A model generated the notes under the pieces. That model made no database searches, was not told the origin of the DNA, and saw only the letters and a program-made list of their open reading frames with translations. From the NCBI GenBank assembly GCA_903893485.1, contig CAITMK010000012.1, positions 83,469-147,468 on the forward strand: a stretch of 64,000 bases of DNA. Reading direction: 5' to 3'. Made by a program: the position numbers and the translations under genes. The stretch comes from Candidatus Magasanikiibacteriota bacterium. Lineage in GTDB: Bacteria > Patescibacteriota > Patescibacteriia > Magasanikbacterales > 2-02-FULL-50-9b. Within the stretch, counting starts at the first letter, position 1; each line of letters starts with the position of its first letter. Shown here in pieces: positions 51,257 through 60,358 of the stretch.

Positions 51257-53116
51257 TTATTCAAAAACAAAAATGGTTGCGCCATCGAGCGGAACGACTT
51301 CGCGGGGATTTGCTGCTAATAATTCGCCAAGCAAATCCTCTTTACGATACCAATAATTTGGCACCACCACATAGAGCGATGTAATTTTTTGTGCAAACAC
51401 ATTTCCAAAATCAGAAAGTAAAAAATGATCATAAAAAATTGCATCGGTGTAGGTGTGCAGTTCGCTCGATGGCCCTTCGGCATACGGAAAAATAATCCGA
51501 CCGTTTTTAAGTTTCACGGAATAATCAAAACCTAAGATGTTGCGCGCTGCACCCGCAGTAATTTGTGGCGCCAAAACAATATAGGGCGTTGTGCCCGCAC
51601 GCATTGTAATGTATTTTACTGCAGAAATATCATCAGCACTCACATTGTATCCAGGATTGGTAACGCCGGTATTTCCAGGATATGTGAAGAACCACGAAAC
51701 AGTTATTGCTATGGCTACAAAAAATAAAATAAATATTTTTTTAGCGCCGTGCGTTAAATTTATTTTTGCATCACCCCAAAAAATAATTGCGGGCAAAATA
51801 AAAAGTGGCAGCGCCGAACGCATACGAAATGCAAATTCATTTTGTTCGTACCACGCAATATCTGGCAGTACCGCAAAGTATGCAATTAAAATAACGCTCG
51901 TGATAAGTGCGCTGATAATTAAAATATTTTTTTTACGCGCGCCGGCAATGAGCGCTGCAAACGGAAGTAAATAAATATATCCAAATGCAAGCTGTGTTAA
52001 TAATCGAGTACGACTGACATCGTACACAAAACCAAAAACAGCGCTAACATTTTGCATGCCAGGCAGATTGGCGGGAATAATTGGTAAGCCATGCAAAATA
52101 CGAAACACTGAAAAAAGAGCGATTGGGGCGATCGCAATTCCAGCCCATCCGATTACAGAAATACTTTTACGGTTGGCATGCAATATAATTGTGGCAATGC
52201 AAAGTGGTACACCTAAAAGTGGATGCACCACTGCAGCACTAATCGCAATTGCATATAATAAAATAAAGCGTTCACGTAGCGCAGGTAGTGTGGCGATGCA
52301 CGCCCACCACACCACAAACAGGGCGGTTAAATTATGTGGTACGGACAACGTAAATTCTCGAATCGGAATAATGCTTGCCAGAATTATTCCTGCACGTGCG
52401 CGCGCTGGGGTGAGTCCCCGCGCAATCAGCGCGGTATATAAAAGCGGCGGCACGGATAGTATCGCGAGTAGTGGAACAAACCACTGATTCAATAACTCAG
52501 TAGGAATAAAAAATACCTGACGCAGCCATACGATGGGTCCGTAGAATCCATTATAAAATGGTTGGAGTGGTGTAATTTTTCCATGCAGCACACTATAATT
52601 TTCTGCAGCTGCATGTATGAGCGGATCAAAACCGTAACCAAATTTAAAAACCAAAAGTGCAACACCGTACGAAATGAAAAAATGAAAAAAAATGGTGACC
52701 CACGAAAAAAAATCACTACGTTTTGGAAAATCTGCAAGCAGTAAAAAAGTCTCTAAAAAATAAATTCCAAATGTCCACCAGGGAACTTGTGTCCAGGGCG
52801 ATTGCAACGCGCTATTAGTGCGCCCTAAAAATAAAATTATCACTAACAAAATTTGCAGTGCAAAAATTAAAATAATTGGCGCAGAAATTTTTGGCGTTAC
52901 GAAACTTATTTTATCACTGCAGAGCCAGCTGCGCATTTTCCAAAGCGCGACTAAAAAAACAACGCCCAGCGCACATGCAGCTGGGCGAGTCATGCCAATC
53001 GTAACGTATACCAAGGTGGTGGTAAGAAGAAAAAAACACCAAGCGGCAATGGCGCGCTCAACGAGCAGGAGGGTAGAGCGTGTCACAATATAATGCAGCG
53101 TCTCGTGCGGTACCAT
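51257..53116 (-). CDS. Polytopic membrane protein (possible GT-C-like)
   Basis: 619 aa with many TMs; YGFDPLIH loop; start uncertain. Confidence 0.7.
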   Translation of the reverse strand: MVPHETLHYIVTRSTLLLVERAIAAWCFFLLTTTLVYVTIGMTRPAACALGVVFLVALWKMRSWLCSDKISFVTPKISAPIILIFALQILLVIILFLGRTNSALQSPWTQVPWWTFGIYFLETFLLLADFPKRSDFFSWVTIFFHFFISYGVALLVFKFGYGFDPLIHAAAENYSVLHGKITPLQPFYNGFYGPIVWLRQVFFIPTELLNQWFVPLLAILSVPPLLYTALIARGLTPARARAGIILASIIPIREFTLSVPHNLTALFVVWWACIATLPALRERFILLYAIAISAAVVHPLLGVPLCIATIILHANRKSISVIGWAGIAIAPIALFSVFRILHGLPIIPANLPGMQNVSAVFGFVYDVSRTRLLTQLAFGYIYLLPFAALIAGARKKNILIISALITSVILIAYFAVLPDIAWYEQNEFAFRMRSALPLFILPAIIFWGDAKINLTHGAKKIFILFFVAIAITVSWFFTYPGNTGVTNPGYNVSADDISAVKYITMRAGTTPYIVLAPQITAGAARNILGFDYSVKLKNGRIIFPYAEGPSSELHTYTDAIFYDHFLLSDFGNVFAQKITSLYVVVPNYWYRKEDLLGELLAANPREVVPLDGATIFVFE

Positions 53117-53798
53117 TGATTGCAGAAAGTGGTACGCCCGCAGGGACTAAATAGCCATCAATTGACCGGCATGGCAAACCACGTTTTTGAAACAATCCGC
53201 ATTCTTTTTTGTAGGTGCGAAGTGCGCTACACGTTTTTGTGTTGACCGCAGTATTCCAAACAGCAGGTTTAAATTTCTTTTCGCACGCAGAAAATTTTGG
53301 CACGTCCGCGGGTAAGGTTGGGACATGATCTAATCGTTGGCGAAGCAGCCGATCGCAAGTAGTATTGAGTGCTGACCAATCTGGCTTATAACCAGAAGGG
53401 CAGGACTGGCCAAGTTTCACAAAAGATTCGTATTGCGTAATACCCGGGTCGGTTGGGCCACTGCCACCATCACCAAAGTAGCCGGCAAGATATCCGGGTG
53501 TTCCATAGCCGGGAGTTGGATAAATATATCCTGGAGTTGACGGTACATAGCCCGGCGTGTAACCTGCCTTTTGACTGGTAGAAGTAGCTGGCCAAGGCTT
53601 AAATGGGTTTTCTGGCTGAGGTTTTGGAGGCGCAAGCGGTGGAATAGTGGTGCAATACCATGGTACAACCACGGGTGCTGGTTTTCGCGCAACATTCGTG
53701 CGGGTTACTTCTTTTGCAAGGGAATACGTGATCGCGCTGGTGCCCGCGGCGAAGAGGACAACCGTAAAAATAAAAATTTGCGCACCAGAATTTTTCAT
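53058..53798 (-). CDS. Membrane-anchored Pro-rich protein with TPGY repeats and Cys-rich C-terminus
   Basis: N-terminal TM; TPGY x4. Confidence 0.65.
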   Translation of the reverse strand: MKNSGAQIFIFTVVLFAAGTSAITYSLAKEVTRTNVARKPAPVVVPWYCTTIPPLAPPKPQPENPFKPWPATSTSQKAGYTPGYVPSTPGYIYPTPGYGTPGYLAGYFGDGGSGPTDPGITQYESFVKLGQSCPSGYKPDWSALNTTCDRLLRQRLDHVPTLPADVPKFSACEKKFKPAVWNTAVNTKTCSALRTYKKECGLFQKRGLPCRSIDGYLVPAGVPLSAINGTARDAALYCDTLYPPAR

Positions 53799-53829
53799 AC
53801 AAGTTTGTTTATGCGCTGTAGTATATCAT

Positions 53830-54468
53830 ATGAAATTATCAAAAGGTAATCGCGCCAAAATAATTTGTGCAGAATTAGCACGGCTATTCCCCGAAGCGGG
53901 GATGATGCTTCGTTTTAGCAATCATTGGGAATTGGTGGTAGCGGTTTCGTTGTCCGCGCAGTGTACGGATAAAAAAGTAAATGAGGTGACGGAAAAACTT
54001 TTTAAAAAATATCCAAAACTAGATGATTATATCGCTGCTGATCCGCGCGAGTTTGAGCGTGACATTTTCCAAACCGGTTTTTACAAAGCAAAAACAAAAA
54101 ATACATTGGCAGCGGCGCGCATGCTAAAAGAAAAATTTGGTGGCGTGGTGCCGCACACTATGGAAGAGTTGCAATTGTTACCCGGCGTTGGTCGCAAAAC
54201 CGCGAACGTGGTAATGGGGAATGCGTTTGGTATTGCAGAGGGAATTGCGGTGGACACGCATGTTAAACGATTAGCACGTAAATTTGGTTTGACCGCGCAC
54301 ACGGACCCGGCAAAAATTGAAAAAGATTTGATGAAACTGATTCCACAAAAAGATTGGTTCGTCACAACCTATCGATTTATAGAATACGGCCGAGCATTTT
54401 GTGTTGCTCGGCCGCATAATCACGAAGCGTGTCCAATTTCGGTGCTGCTTAAAAATTATCCGTTGTAA
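53830..54468 (+). CDS. nth: Endonuclease III
   Basis: LSAQCTD, LPGVGRKTANVV, IAVDTHV; start moved to ATG 53830. Confidence 0.93.
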   Translation: MKLSKGNRAKIICAELARLFPEAGMMLRFSNHWELVVAVSLSAQCTDKKVNEVTEKLFKKYPKLDDYIAADPREFERDIFQTGFYKAKTKNTLAAARMLKEKFGGVVPHTMEELQLLPGVGRKTANVVMGNAFGIAEGIAVDTHVKRLARKFGLTAHTDPAKIEKDLMKLIPQKDWFVTTYRFIEYGRAFCVARPHNHEACPISVLLKNYPL

Positions 54469-54743
54469 CCAGCCGTCGTGCCCCAAGCGTCTGTTGCGGG
54501 CTGTGCAATTTTTTTAACCACAACCGGCTTTTTTGGAGTAACCTTAACAGGCGTCTTTGTAACCACTTTCTTTGCGGGTGGTTTTACAACTGGTTTTTTA
54601 GCCACCGGCTTTTTGGCAACAGGGGCCTTTTGAGCCGTCTTTGGCTTTGGAGCTGGTTTTTTTACGGCAGCAAACGCAGGAGTGCCCAAAAGTAAACTTG
54701 CTGCAGTTACGATTGCGGTGGTAAGAGTCACGATTTTTTTCAT
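54456..54743 (-). CDS. Small secreted Lys/Pro/Val-rich protein
   Basis: Signal peptide (PAFA), KKPV-type repeats. Confidence 0.6.
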   Translation of the reverse strand: MKKIVTLTTAIVTAASLLLGTPAFAAVKKPAPKPKTAQKAPVAKKPVAKKPVVKPPAKKVVTKTPVKVTPKKPVVVKKIAQPATDAWGTTAGYNG

Positions 54744-54799
54744 AGGAAAAAATTATATCATAATTGACTTGGCTCCGTAAAATAGGTACCGTTACTTAT

Positions 54800-55900
54800 A
54801 TGCAACATATAACAATAAACAAATCAGCAATTGTTTTCGGGGGGATTTTGGGCTTACTAATTGGTTTTGCGGAATATGCAATTGATACACGTTTTACAAA
54901 TCCCACTCATCCGGAGTATACGGGCGTAATTATGGTTGGTCTGTTTGCGCTCTCTGCGATGTATTTTGTGCTGTATGCATCGCATGCAAAACGTGTGACA
55001 TGGCAACTCGTTGCGGCTTCGATTGGGATCATTGCATTTTCTGCGCTTGTGCGATTGCCATTTCATGAGCAGAGTTTTGGACCATTTAGTTTAGTCGCCT
55101 CGGTTCCACTTTTTTTAGGTATGATTGGTTGGGCTCTCACCAGTTTGAAGCAGGATGAAACACCAGTAAGTGCAGGATTTTTTGTGTATGTTCAAAAAGT
55201 TTTAGAGATGGCTGTTGTTGATGCGGTTGCATTGGTTGTGATAGTACTTCTTGGATTTTTGGCTTACAATTTATTTCAAACAATCGGTGTGGAAATTCCA
55301 AGTTCAGTGACCGCTATTATTATTCGGCCGATTTTTGTAATGATTCCATTTGTGACGCTCGCAATGACATATGATTTTACAAAATCGCTTGTCGCGCAAT
55401 CGCCAACGCTTGGAATTATTAAATTTTTCAGTGCGATTGGGTATGGACTTACGTTTGTGCTAACACCTTTTTTGCTTATTTATCTTGCGGTTTTGCCATT
55501 TGGTTTTCGCACGTTGTTAGCTACACAACACACCTCGCTGCTTTTTTTAATTCTTACCGCAGTGTGTGCGATATTTTTATACGCAACACTTTTATGGAAT
55601 GCGGCCAATCGTGCGGGCGGATTAGTAAAAAAAATGCTTACGGCTGTTTCAGTTGAAGCGGTTGTTATGTCAGCAATTGCACTGTATGCAATTGGTGTAC
55701 GCATTGCAAGATTTGGTATTACGATGGATCGGTACGTTGTGGCTATGGCGTGCGTGATTGTCGGCGCGACATTTGCTTGGTTTATTCCGGCGATTTTGAA
55801 AGAAAATGGAGTGGAAGATATAAAAGCGTCCATCGAAAAGATTGCGTTTATCGGACTTGCTGCATTGGCGCTAGTCGTTTGTACGACACTTTTTTTCTAA
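54800..55900 (+). CDS. DUF4153-like polytopic membrane protein
   Basis: About 11 TMs; YAI.VRI..FG.T..R motif. Confidence 0.7.
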   Translation: MQHITINKSAIVFGGILGLLIGFAEYAIDTRFTNPTHPEYTGVIMVGLFALSAMYFVLYASHAKRVTWQLVAASIGIIAFSALVRLPFHEQSFGPFSLVASVPLFLGMIGWALTSLKQDETPVSAGFFVYVQKVLEMAVVDAVALVVIVLLGFLAYNLFQTIGVEIPSSVTAIIIRPIFVMIPFVTLAMTYDFTKSLVAQSPTLGIIKFFSAIGYGLTFVLTPFLLIYLAVLPFGFRTLLATQHTSLLFLILTAVCAIFLYATLLWNAANRAGGLVKKMLTAVSVEAVVMSAIALYAIGVRIARFGITMDRYVVAMACVIVGATFAWFIPAILKENGVEDIKASIEKIAFIGLAALALVVCTTLFF

Positions 55901-55962
55901 GTCGCACTTTATTTTTTAGTATTGATTTTTTTGACCGTTTTTGTTAGTATTGACGTACTTTT

Positions 55963-57108
55963 ATGCTCGAATCAGAAAAACAGCTGCACGAACTTAACAC
56001 CCAAATCAAAGAAGCCCGTGCTCTCCTCGACCACCCACGCAAAGCGGTGGAAGTTAAGGCGCTTGAAATTGAAATGGGTGATGCAGATTTTTGGAAAAAT
56101 CCAGAAAACGCGGCGAAAGTTTCCAAGAAACGCGAAGAATTAGTGCGCGAGCTTGAGCTGTGGACTAAAATTCAAACAGAAGTTGAGCAGCTGATCGCGC
56201 TCGCAGAAATGCCAGAGGCTGAACATGATCTGGATCTGCGCGCAGAAATCGAAACGCGCGCCAACGAGCTCGCCGAAGAATACAAAAAACTCGAATTTTA
56301 TTTATTGTTTTCCGAGCAGTACGACGAAAACTCAATCATCATGGCGATTCACGCAGGTACCGGTGGCACCGAAGCGATGGATTGGGCTGCAATGCTCCAA
56401 CGTATGTATTTGCGCTACTTCGAAAAAAAGGGTTGGCGCGTAAATATTGTTGACTATTCACCAGGCATGGAAGCAGGTCTTAAGTCCGTGGTTATGGAAG
56501 TCAACGGCCGCTTTGCGTATGGCAACATGAAGGGTGAGCATGGTACGCACCGCTTGGTTCGCATGTCTCCGTTTAATGCAGATGGCCTTCGCCAAACGTC
56601 ATTTGCACTCGTGGAAATCATGCCGCAAATCGAACAAGATTCTGATTTAGTGATCGATCCAAAAGACGTGCGCATCGATACCATGACAGCAGGCGGCAAC
56701 GGCGGACAATCTGTGAACACTACCTACAGTGCAATTCGTTTGGTGCACATTCCAACTGGCATTATTATTTCCGTGCAGAACGAACGATCACAATTGCAAA
56801 ACAAAGAAACCGCATTTAAAATTTTGAAAGCACGTTTGCTGGCGTTGCAACTGCAAGCGCAAAAAAAAGAACGCGAAGAGCTCCGCGGCGAACACAAATC
56901 CGCTGAGTGGGGAAATCAAATTCGCTCGTATGTTTTGGCGCCATATCGCATGGTGAAAGATTTGCGTACGCGCCACGAAACGTCGGATACCGACGGGGTG
57001 CTCGATGGCGATCTGGATCCATTTGTAGAAAGTTATTTGCGTTGGATGAAAGTAAAGGGCAATGAGGCGCGCGCGGCAAGCGATGAGCCAGATTATGAAG
57101 ACGTTTAA
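55963..57108 (+). CDS. prfB: Peptide chain release factor 2 (no programmed frameshift)
   Basis: SPF tripeptide, GGQ, WGNQIRSYV; continuous ORF. Confidence 0.97.
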   Translation: MLESEKQLHELNTQIKEARALLDHPRKAVEVKALEIEMGDADFWKNPENAAKVSKKREELVRELELWTKIQTEVEQLIALAEMPEAEHDLDLRAEIETRANELAEEYKKLEFYLLFSEQYDENSIIMAIHAGTGGTEAMDWAAMLQRMYLRYFEKKGWRVNIVDYSPGMEAGLKSVVMEVNGRFAYGNMKGEHGTHRLVRMSPFNADGLRQTSFALVEIMPQIEQDSDLVIDPKDVRIDTMTAGGNGGQSVNTTYSAIRLVHIPTGIIISVQNERSQLQNKETAFKILKARLLALQLQAQKKEREELRGEHKSAEWGNQIRSYVLAPYRMVKDLRTRHETSDTDGVLDGDLDPFVESYLRWMKVKGNEARAASDEPDYEDV

Positions 57109-58297
57109 TCGCGCGCTCGAGCTGCCAAAAAATTTTAAGCGCATGTTTTGGATACAAGCGCTCATGAATTTTAAATTGCTCAACACAATCATTTCAATTT
57201 TTTATGCGCATCGTGGACTTTCGCTCCGCGAGATTTTTTTACTCGGCGTGGTTTTTGCAATTACTAATTTACTTTTTGAAATTCCATCAAGTTACGCCGC
57301 AGACAAATGGGGGCGCAAAAAAACAATTGCGGTTGCGGTAGTATTTTTGCTCCTCAGTAGTGTGTGTGATTATTTCGCGCATTCATTTTTATTTTTTGTG
57401 ATGGATCTTGCTTGTTATGCACTGTCATATTCATTCATGACCGGCACGGATGATGCGCTTATTTATGATACGGCACGCGAGTTGGGGCAAGAAAAAAATA
57501 GTGCAAAAGAGCTCGGGAATTATTATTCTGCACAGCGTTTTTTTAAAATTGTAACACCACTTATGGCAGTTGCAATTGCAAGTGGCATGCTTGAATGGCA
57601 ATTTAAAACAATTATCGTGATTGAGTTTGTGACCACAATGGCCGCGCTTCCATTTGTATGGCGAATCGTTGAACCGGTACATAAAATGGAGGTAGAAAAA
57701 GTGGAAGCAGGTATTATTTTAGATGCCTGGAATTTGATTCGTAATGATTGGGATTTAATACGGATGATTCTAAATCGTACCATCATGTTCACGGCAAGTT
57801 TTTTAATTTGGCGCATTCATCAGGAATATTTTTTGAGCATTGGCGTGCCGGTATGGACGCTTGGCATTATGTGGGCACTTTTGCATCTTGCGCTGTATGT
57901 GGGTAACCGTAAAATCGATGGCATATTGCCACGGTTTAGTGCAGAACAAAAAATTAATGCGTTGAATACTATTTTTGTTCTTGGGGCGATTGCTTTTACC
58001 ATTTTCGCTTTTGAGGGGGCAAATAAATGGTTACTCATTGCTTCATTTAGTATTTTTACGGTTGCTGAAACGGCGCGTTGGTCTTTATTTTCTGATCTTT
58101 TTAATAAACGTAGTAAATCTTATAATCGTGCCACAACGCTTTCGCTTACAAACTTGCTAAAAAGTTTTTTTGATGTACCACTAGCCCTTGGCGCTGCAGC
58201 CATTGTTGCATTTGGACCGCCATATGTTTTTCTTTTTGTAACCACAATTGCTGTCGCTATTGCCATTTTCATGCCGGTTAAAAAAACACGCGTATGA
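57095..58297 (+). CDS. MFS transporter
   Basis: FEIPS...AD.WGRK, G...AL.YD, RAT.LS. Confidence 0.9.
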   Translation: MKTFNRALELPKNFKRMFWIQALMNFKLLNTIISIFYAHRGLSLREIFLLGVVFAITNLLFEIPSSYAADKWGRKKTIAVAVVFLLLSSVCDYFAHSFLFFVMDLACYALSYSFMTGTDDALIYDTARELGQEKNSAKELGNYYSAQRFFKIVTPLMAVAIASGMLEWQFKTIIVIEFVTTMAALPFVWRIVEPVHKMEVEKVEAGIILDAWNLIRNDWDLIRMILNRTIMFTASFLIWRIHQEYFLSIGVPVWTLGIMWALLHLALYVGNRKIDGILPRFSAEQKINALNTIFVLGAIAFTIFAFEGANKWLLIASFSIFTVAETARWSLFSDLFNKRSKSYNRATTLSLTNLLKSFFDVPLALGAAAIVAFGPPYVFLFVTTIAVAIAIFMPVKKTRV

Positions 58298-58836
58298 TTT
58301 ATATTTTTCCCACTGAAACTTCATACGGTATTGGCTGCGATGCGCGTGACGCGGCAGCGGTTAGAAAAGTTTTTGAAATAAAAAAACGCGCACCAGAAAA
58401 ATCCGTGCCACTGATTGCGGCAAACGCAGAAATGGTTGCAAAATATGTTGACGCGGCGGTTTGGCAAAACCTTGAAGTTGAGCGCGCGGTGCAAAATTTT
58501 TGGCCCGGCGCGTTAACATTAGTTTTGCCCGCAAATGATTTTGCGCGCCGCACACTTGCGCCGCAAACCATTGCGGCAGATAATACCATTGCAATTCGCG
58601 TATCCGGCCACGCGGCAGCGCGTGATCTTTCGGCACAAATTGGCGCGCCGATTGTTGCAACCTCGGCAAATGTGGCGGGAGATCCTGCAGCGTACACCGC
58701 AGCAGATGCACAAAAATTAATTGGCGTGGATACATTTCTGGATGGCGGCGATTTGCCACTCGCCCCCGCATCAACCATCGTTCGATTTACTAACAACACT
58801 TGGGAAATTATTCGCCAAGGCTCAATAAAATTATAA
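58294..58836 (+). CDS. tsaC: Threonylcarbamoyl-AMP synthase (YrdC/Sua5)
   Basis: FPTETSYG, K.R, WPG.LT, TSAN, STI. Confidence 0.93.
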   Translation: MIYIFPTETSYGIGCDARDAAAVRKVFEIKKRAPEKSVPLIAANAEMVAKYVDAAVWQNLEVERAVQNFWPGALTLVLPANDFARRTLAPQTIAADNTIAIRVSGHAAARDLSAQIGAPIVATSANVAGDPAAYTAADAQKLIGVDTFLDGGDLPLAPASTIVRFTNNTWEIIRQGSIKL

Positions 58837-58837
58837 T

Positions 58838-59674
58838 ATGTTAACGCGTGGATTCGTCGAAAATAAAATCAAAACGCTTGGTTTGCGCCCTTCGCGCGGC
58901 AACGGACAAAACTTTTTAATTGAACAGCATCCGCTTGATGAAATTATTGGTGCGGCAGAAGTTCACGCGGATGATCATGTCTTGGAAATTGGGCCGGGTC
59001 TTGGCGCGCTCACTGAAGATCTTATCAAAACGGGCGCTGAAGTGACCGCGATAGAATTTGATCCAAAACTTGCGGCGCTGCTCACGGCCATGTACGAAAA
59101 AAATCCACGCGTGCATATCATCCAGGGTAATGCGTTGCATGTGGCGACCCCAGATTTTTTGGCTGGCCTTAAAAAATACAAAATTGTTGCAAATATTCCG
59201 TATCACATTACCAGCGATTTGTTGCGCCATTTTACGGATTGCCCATTTCCACCAACACGCATGTGTTTGCTGATTCAAAAAGAAGTTGCCGAACGAATTA
59301 CCGCACTTCCGCCAAACATGAGCCAGCTTGCATTCTTTTCACAGTGGTTTGCGGATATCACGTATATTGCGACGGTGCCGCGCACTGCTTTTTTGCCAGC
59401 ACCAGAGGTTGATTCAGCAATTATTCGCCTAGACCTCGGACAGGGAAGGGCAGCGGCAGACAAACTCTCGCCGCAAGAACAAAAAGAAGTTTTTTCTTTA
59501 GTGAAACGGGGCTTCTCGAACCCTCGCAAACAGCTTGCAAACAATTTAACCATTAAAAAATTTCCTCACGCGGCAGAAAAATTTGATTTTTCACGTCGCG
59601 CCGAAACACTTTCCGTAGAGGAGTGGATAACATTGTATAAATTACTTGGCCAGACACCAAAAAATAACGTATAA
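58838..59674 (+). CDS. rsmA: 16S rRNA m6,2A dimethyltransferase
   Basis: GQNFL, LEIGPGLG.LT, ANIPY.I, QKEVA.R, P.P.VDS. Confidence 0.95.
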   Translation: MLTRGFVENKIKTLGLRPSRGNGQNFLIEQHPLDEIIGAAEVHADDHVLEIGPGLGALTEDLIKTGAEVTAIEFDPKLAALLTAMYEKNPRVHIIQGNALHVATPDFLAGLKKYKIVANIPYHITSDLLRHFTDCPFPPTRMCLLIQKEVAERITALPPNMSQLAFFSQWFADITYIATVPRTAFLPAPEVDSAIIRLDLGQGRAAADKLSPQEQKEVFSLVKRGFSNPRKQLANNLTIKKFPHAAEKFDFSRRAETLSVEEWITLYKLLGQTPKNNV

Positions 59675-59701
59675 TACGTTTGCGCTTTTGCGTGAACACG
59701 T

Positions 59702-60352
59702 GTGTCAGATCAAGACGAATTATTTTCACATCCAGAAGATCACCAACCGCACCCATACCGTACGGTTCTTATTGTTGTAATCTTGGTTTTATTTACGGTT
59801 ACGATTTTGGCGCAATTTAAATCAACGTTTAAGTCATACGACAAACGGGTGATTGGTGCGCCAGTCCTTACCGCCGACGAACAACAAAAAAATCAGATCG
59901 ACGCTTTGAAAAAGACGGACACGGATGGCGATGGGCTATCGGATTATGATGAATTATATATTTATCACACTAGCCCATACCTAAAAGATACCGATGGTGA
60001 TGGTATTCCGGACGGTGAAGAAATAAAACGTGGCACCGACCCACTTTGTGCCGAAGGCAAGCAGTGCGGAATTAATCTTACTGCAGACACGGGCAGTGCA
60101 AGTTCAACGGCACCAGCGTCAGCGCCAGCTCCTGCCGCCGATACAACCGTTCAGGCTCTTGCGCCGCAAGTTACCGGCCCCGCGCCAACCGCTTCGTCGC
60201 TCTCGCAGTTCACCACCGCTCAAATTCGTGACGCATTGGTTGCGAATGGAGTTCCAAAAGACAAAATAGACGCATTATCCGATGCGCAACTTCTGCAACT
60301 TATGCAAGAAGCGCAAACGGGTGCGGCAACCTCAACAGCCACTCCTCAATAA
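59702..60352 (+). CDS. Membrane-anchored protein with DxDxDG Ca-binding repeats
   Basis: DTDGDGLSDYDE, TSPYLKDTDGDG..DGEE...GTDP. Confidence 0.8.
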   Translation: MSDQDELFSHPEDHQPHPYRTVLIVVILVLFTVTILAQFKSTFKSYDKRVIGAPVLTADEQQKNQIDALKKTDTDGDGLSDYDELYIYHTSPYLKDTDGDGIPDGEEIKRGTDPLCAEGKQCGINLTADTGSASSTAPASAPAPAADTTVQALAPQVTGPAPTASSLSQFTTAQIRDALVANGVPKDKIDALSDAQLLQLMQEAQTGAATSTATPQ

Positions 60353-60358
60353 TAGCCT

